DNA of 60,103 nucleotides from a virus (Duplodnaviria > Caudoviricetes): the IMG/VR virus record IMGVR_UViG_3300027573_000033, positions 1 through 60,103 of that record, one strand, 5' to 3'. Shown here piece after piece: positions 58,616 to 60,103 of the stretch (position 1 is its first letter; each line of letters begins with the position of its first letter). The notes below the pieces were generated by a model. The model ran no database searches, was not told the DNA's origin, and was given only the letters and a program-made list of their open reading frames with translations. The translations under genes were made by a program, and so were the position numbers.

Positions 58616-60103
58616 TTACACCGAGTACACGCCGACGCGCACCGCGCTACGGTCGGTGATGTTTGCCACGTCGGCGGAATCAACCGCCCACTCATACGTC
58701 CCGGCGGTGAAGCGTTGCACGGGATCGGCCGACCGCAATACTTCCGCCTTAAAAGTAGCGATTGCGGTTAGCGTTTCTGTAAAGCCCGTGATAGTGAACG
58801 TCGCGGCGATAGGCCCGGCCGCCCCCTGTATACGGTCCTCCGTCGCCTGCATGTCAAGCGACGGCCCGGCGTTTTCGCGGATCGTGTAGCCAGTGCCGGC
58901 GGCCTTCGCCACCTGATAATTCGGGTCGCCTGTCACACCGAATATATATTGCCCGCTTGTTGCCGTCGTAACGTTCCCGCTAGTTACTGCGTCCGTGCCG
59001 CCGCCCGGATTTGCTTGCACCTGTGCCGCGTATTGATCACGCTCGCCCGCCCCGCTTACCTCGTGCACGATCATGCTTTTACGACTCGCGTTACCGCTTA
59101 ACGTAACCGTCACTGTGCACGAACCAGACGTGCCGGCGATGGCGTGGAATACCACCAAATTCCCGAACTCACCAGATAAAACATCTTCAGTCGTGTAGGT
59201 GCTACTGCGGTCGTCGACCACGCTCGACAGCGTGTAGGACGCAGCGCCGTCCCATATGACAGCACCAACGATTAGGTTCCCGCTTACCACGTTGCCCGGG
59301 AGCGTTACCGCGATATTAGGATCGCCGGTAAAGGCTTCTTCGGATATTTCCGATTGCACGAATTCCGGTTGCGTGGCCTCATACATCCTCGCCTCAACGC
59401 CCGCGCCTCCGGTCAGTTGCTTGACGCGATAGCGGACGATGAAGCCTTCATCGGTGCCCGGGTCGTCGTACGTCGGCACGTCGTAGGTGTCGAGCAGACC
59501 CGCTGCCGAAGCAGAGACGTAATCGCTATCACTGGCGATTTCCTCGTCTACGCATTCAAAATTAGGCCCCGGTACAGTCGGCCCGCTCGCGCCTTGCGAC
59601 GGCGATGCAATCAACGTCAGGTCGAACGTCCCCGCAACATCTGGCTCCGGAGAATCGTTGCCACCTAGCGGAACGTACATGGTGGGGATGCTGATGCTAT
59701 AAGGGCTCGCCCCCTCCGCTAGAGCCTCCACGTTGGCCTGCGACAGAGCGACGCCGTCCCACACTGCGAAGCGCGCTGCCATCCCGTTGAGTGAGATGTA
59801 GTCATTCGCATTAAACCGCAATGCCCCGATGGTAAGCAGGTCCAGCCCCGTCGGTCGGGTGTATGGCGCCTCAGTGCTGTTCGCCCAATCACCATCCAGC
59901 ACGACGCGGTGCCGGTAGGTGCCCGCGTCATTACGACAGATGTGCGCGACGTGAAACCATGTGTCCACGGGTGCAGTATTCGTCGTTATAGATGAATCAA
60001 AATTTGGCGTCTGTGTTGCCCGGATCGCGTCGGTCGTATGCCGACGAATCTCCCAATACTGATCTGCATCTGCGTCGCCTAATGACCACAGACACATCGC
60101 CCC
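58616..60103 (-). CDS. 3' part of the LamG adhesin; 59257-60103 is a second allele with a different LamG domain, truncated by the window end
   Basis: Collinear with 1-~970: identical for 127 bp, near-identical to ~370, then a divergent LamG that retains WFHVA, RVVLDG.WA, ALSQA.VEALA.G and SPEPD. Confidence 0.8.
   Translation of the reverse strand, partial: GAMCLWSLGDADADQYWEIRRHTTDAIRATQTPNFDSSITTNTAPVDTWFHVAHICRNDAGTYRHRVVLDGDWANSTEAPYTRPTGLDLLTIGALRFNANDYISLNGMAARFAVWDGVALSQANVEALAEGASPYSISIPTMYVPLGGNDSPEPDVAGTFDLTLIASPSQGASGPTVPGPNFECVDEEIASDSDYVSASAAGLLDTYDVPTYDDPGTDEGFIVRYRVKQLTGGAGVEARMYEATQPEFVQSEISEEAFTGDPNIAVTLPGNVVSGNLIVGAVIWDGAASYTLSSVVDDRSSTYTTEDVLSGEFGNLVVFHAIAGTSGSCTVTVTLSGNASRKSMIVHEVSGAGERDQYAAQVQANPGGGTDAVTSGNVTTATSGQYIFGVTGDPNYQVAKAAGTGYTIRENAGPSLDMQATEDRIQGAAGPIAATFTITGFTETLTAIATFKAEVLRSADPVQRFTAGTYEWAVDSADVANITDRSAVRVGVYSV

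Noticed and set aside
59130-60103. Diversity-generating retroelement TR/VR pair with 1-970
   Set aside because: Differences are largely synonymous and not adenine-specific, and no reverse transcriptase is encoded.

Overview
This window is an apparently complete, circularly permuted, lytic siphovirus genome. Bases 1-127 are repeated exactly at 59130-59256, which closes a circle of about 59,129 bp; 59257-60103 is a divergent second allele of the gene that starts the window. The capsid protein, PolA, primase-helicase and portal resemble YuA/M6-like phages of Proteobacteria. Minus-strand morphogenesis genes run terS, terL, portal, scaffold, an ~10 kb modular fibre/adhesin cassette, capsid, neck/tail, tape measure, a compositionally foreign tail tip, lysis genes and a second fibre cassette. 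The plus-strand replication arm encodes primase-helicase, PolA, Cas4-like nuclease, VRR-NUC, SNF2 helicase, SSB and ligase. It also holds a cytosine-hypermodification operon: carbamoyltransferase, MazG-like pyrophosphatase, dNMP kinase, Asp-type (dCMP-specific) thymidylate-synthase homologue and dCMP deaminase. An MBD4-like glycosylase lies in the early region. The most striking signal is non-coding: an AT-rich island upstream of terS with six tandem 22/25 matches and one perfect 25/25 match to the IscR type-1 operator, with two Fur boxes bracketing the tandem array. This is a candidate DNA decoy or sensor for the host iron and Fe-S regulators. Also notable are a family of sigma70 promoters with an internal CCGAGCTCGG palindrome, three ungapped 72-bp elements ending in an IHF-like site, and a putative donor-strand 'rope, bead, plug-and-socket' fibre system. 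All annotations come from manual motif reading; no database searches were run.
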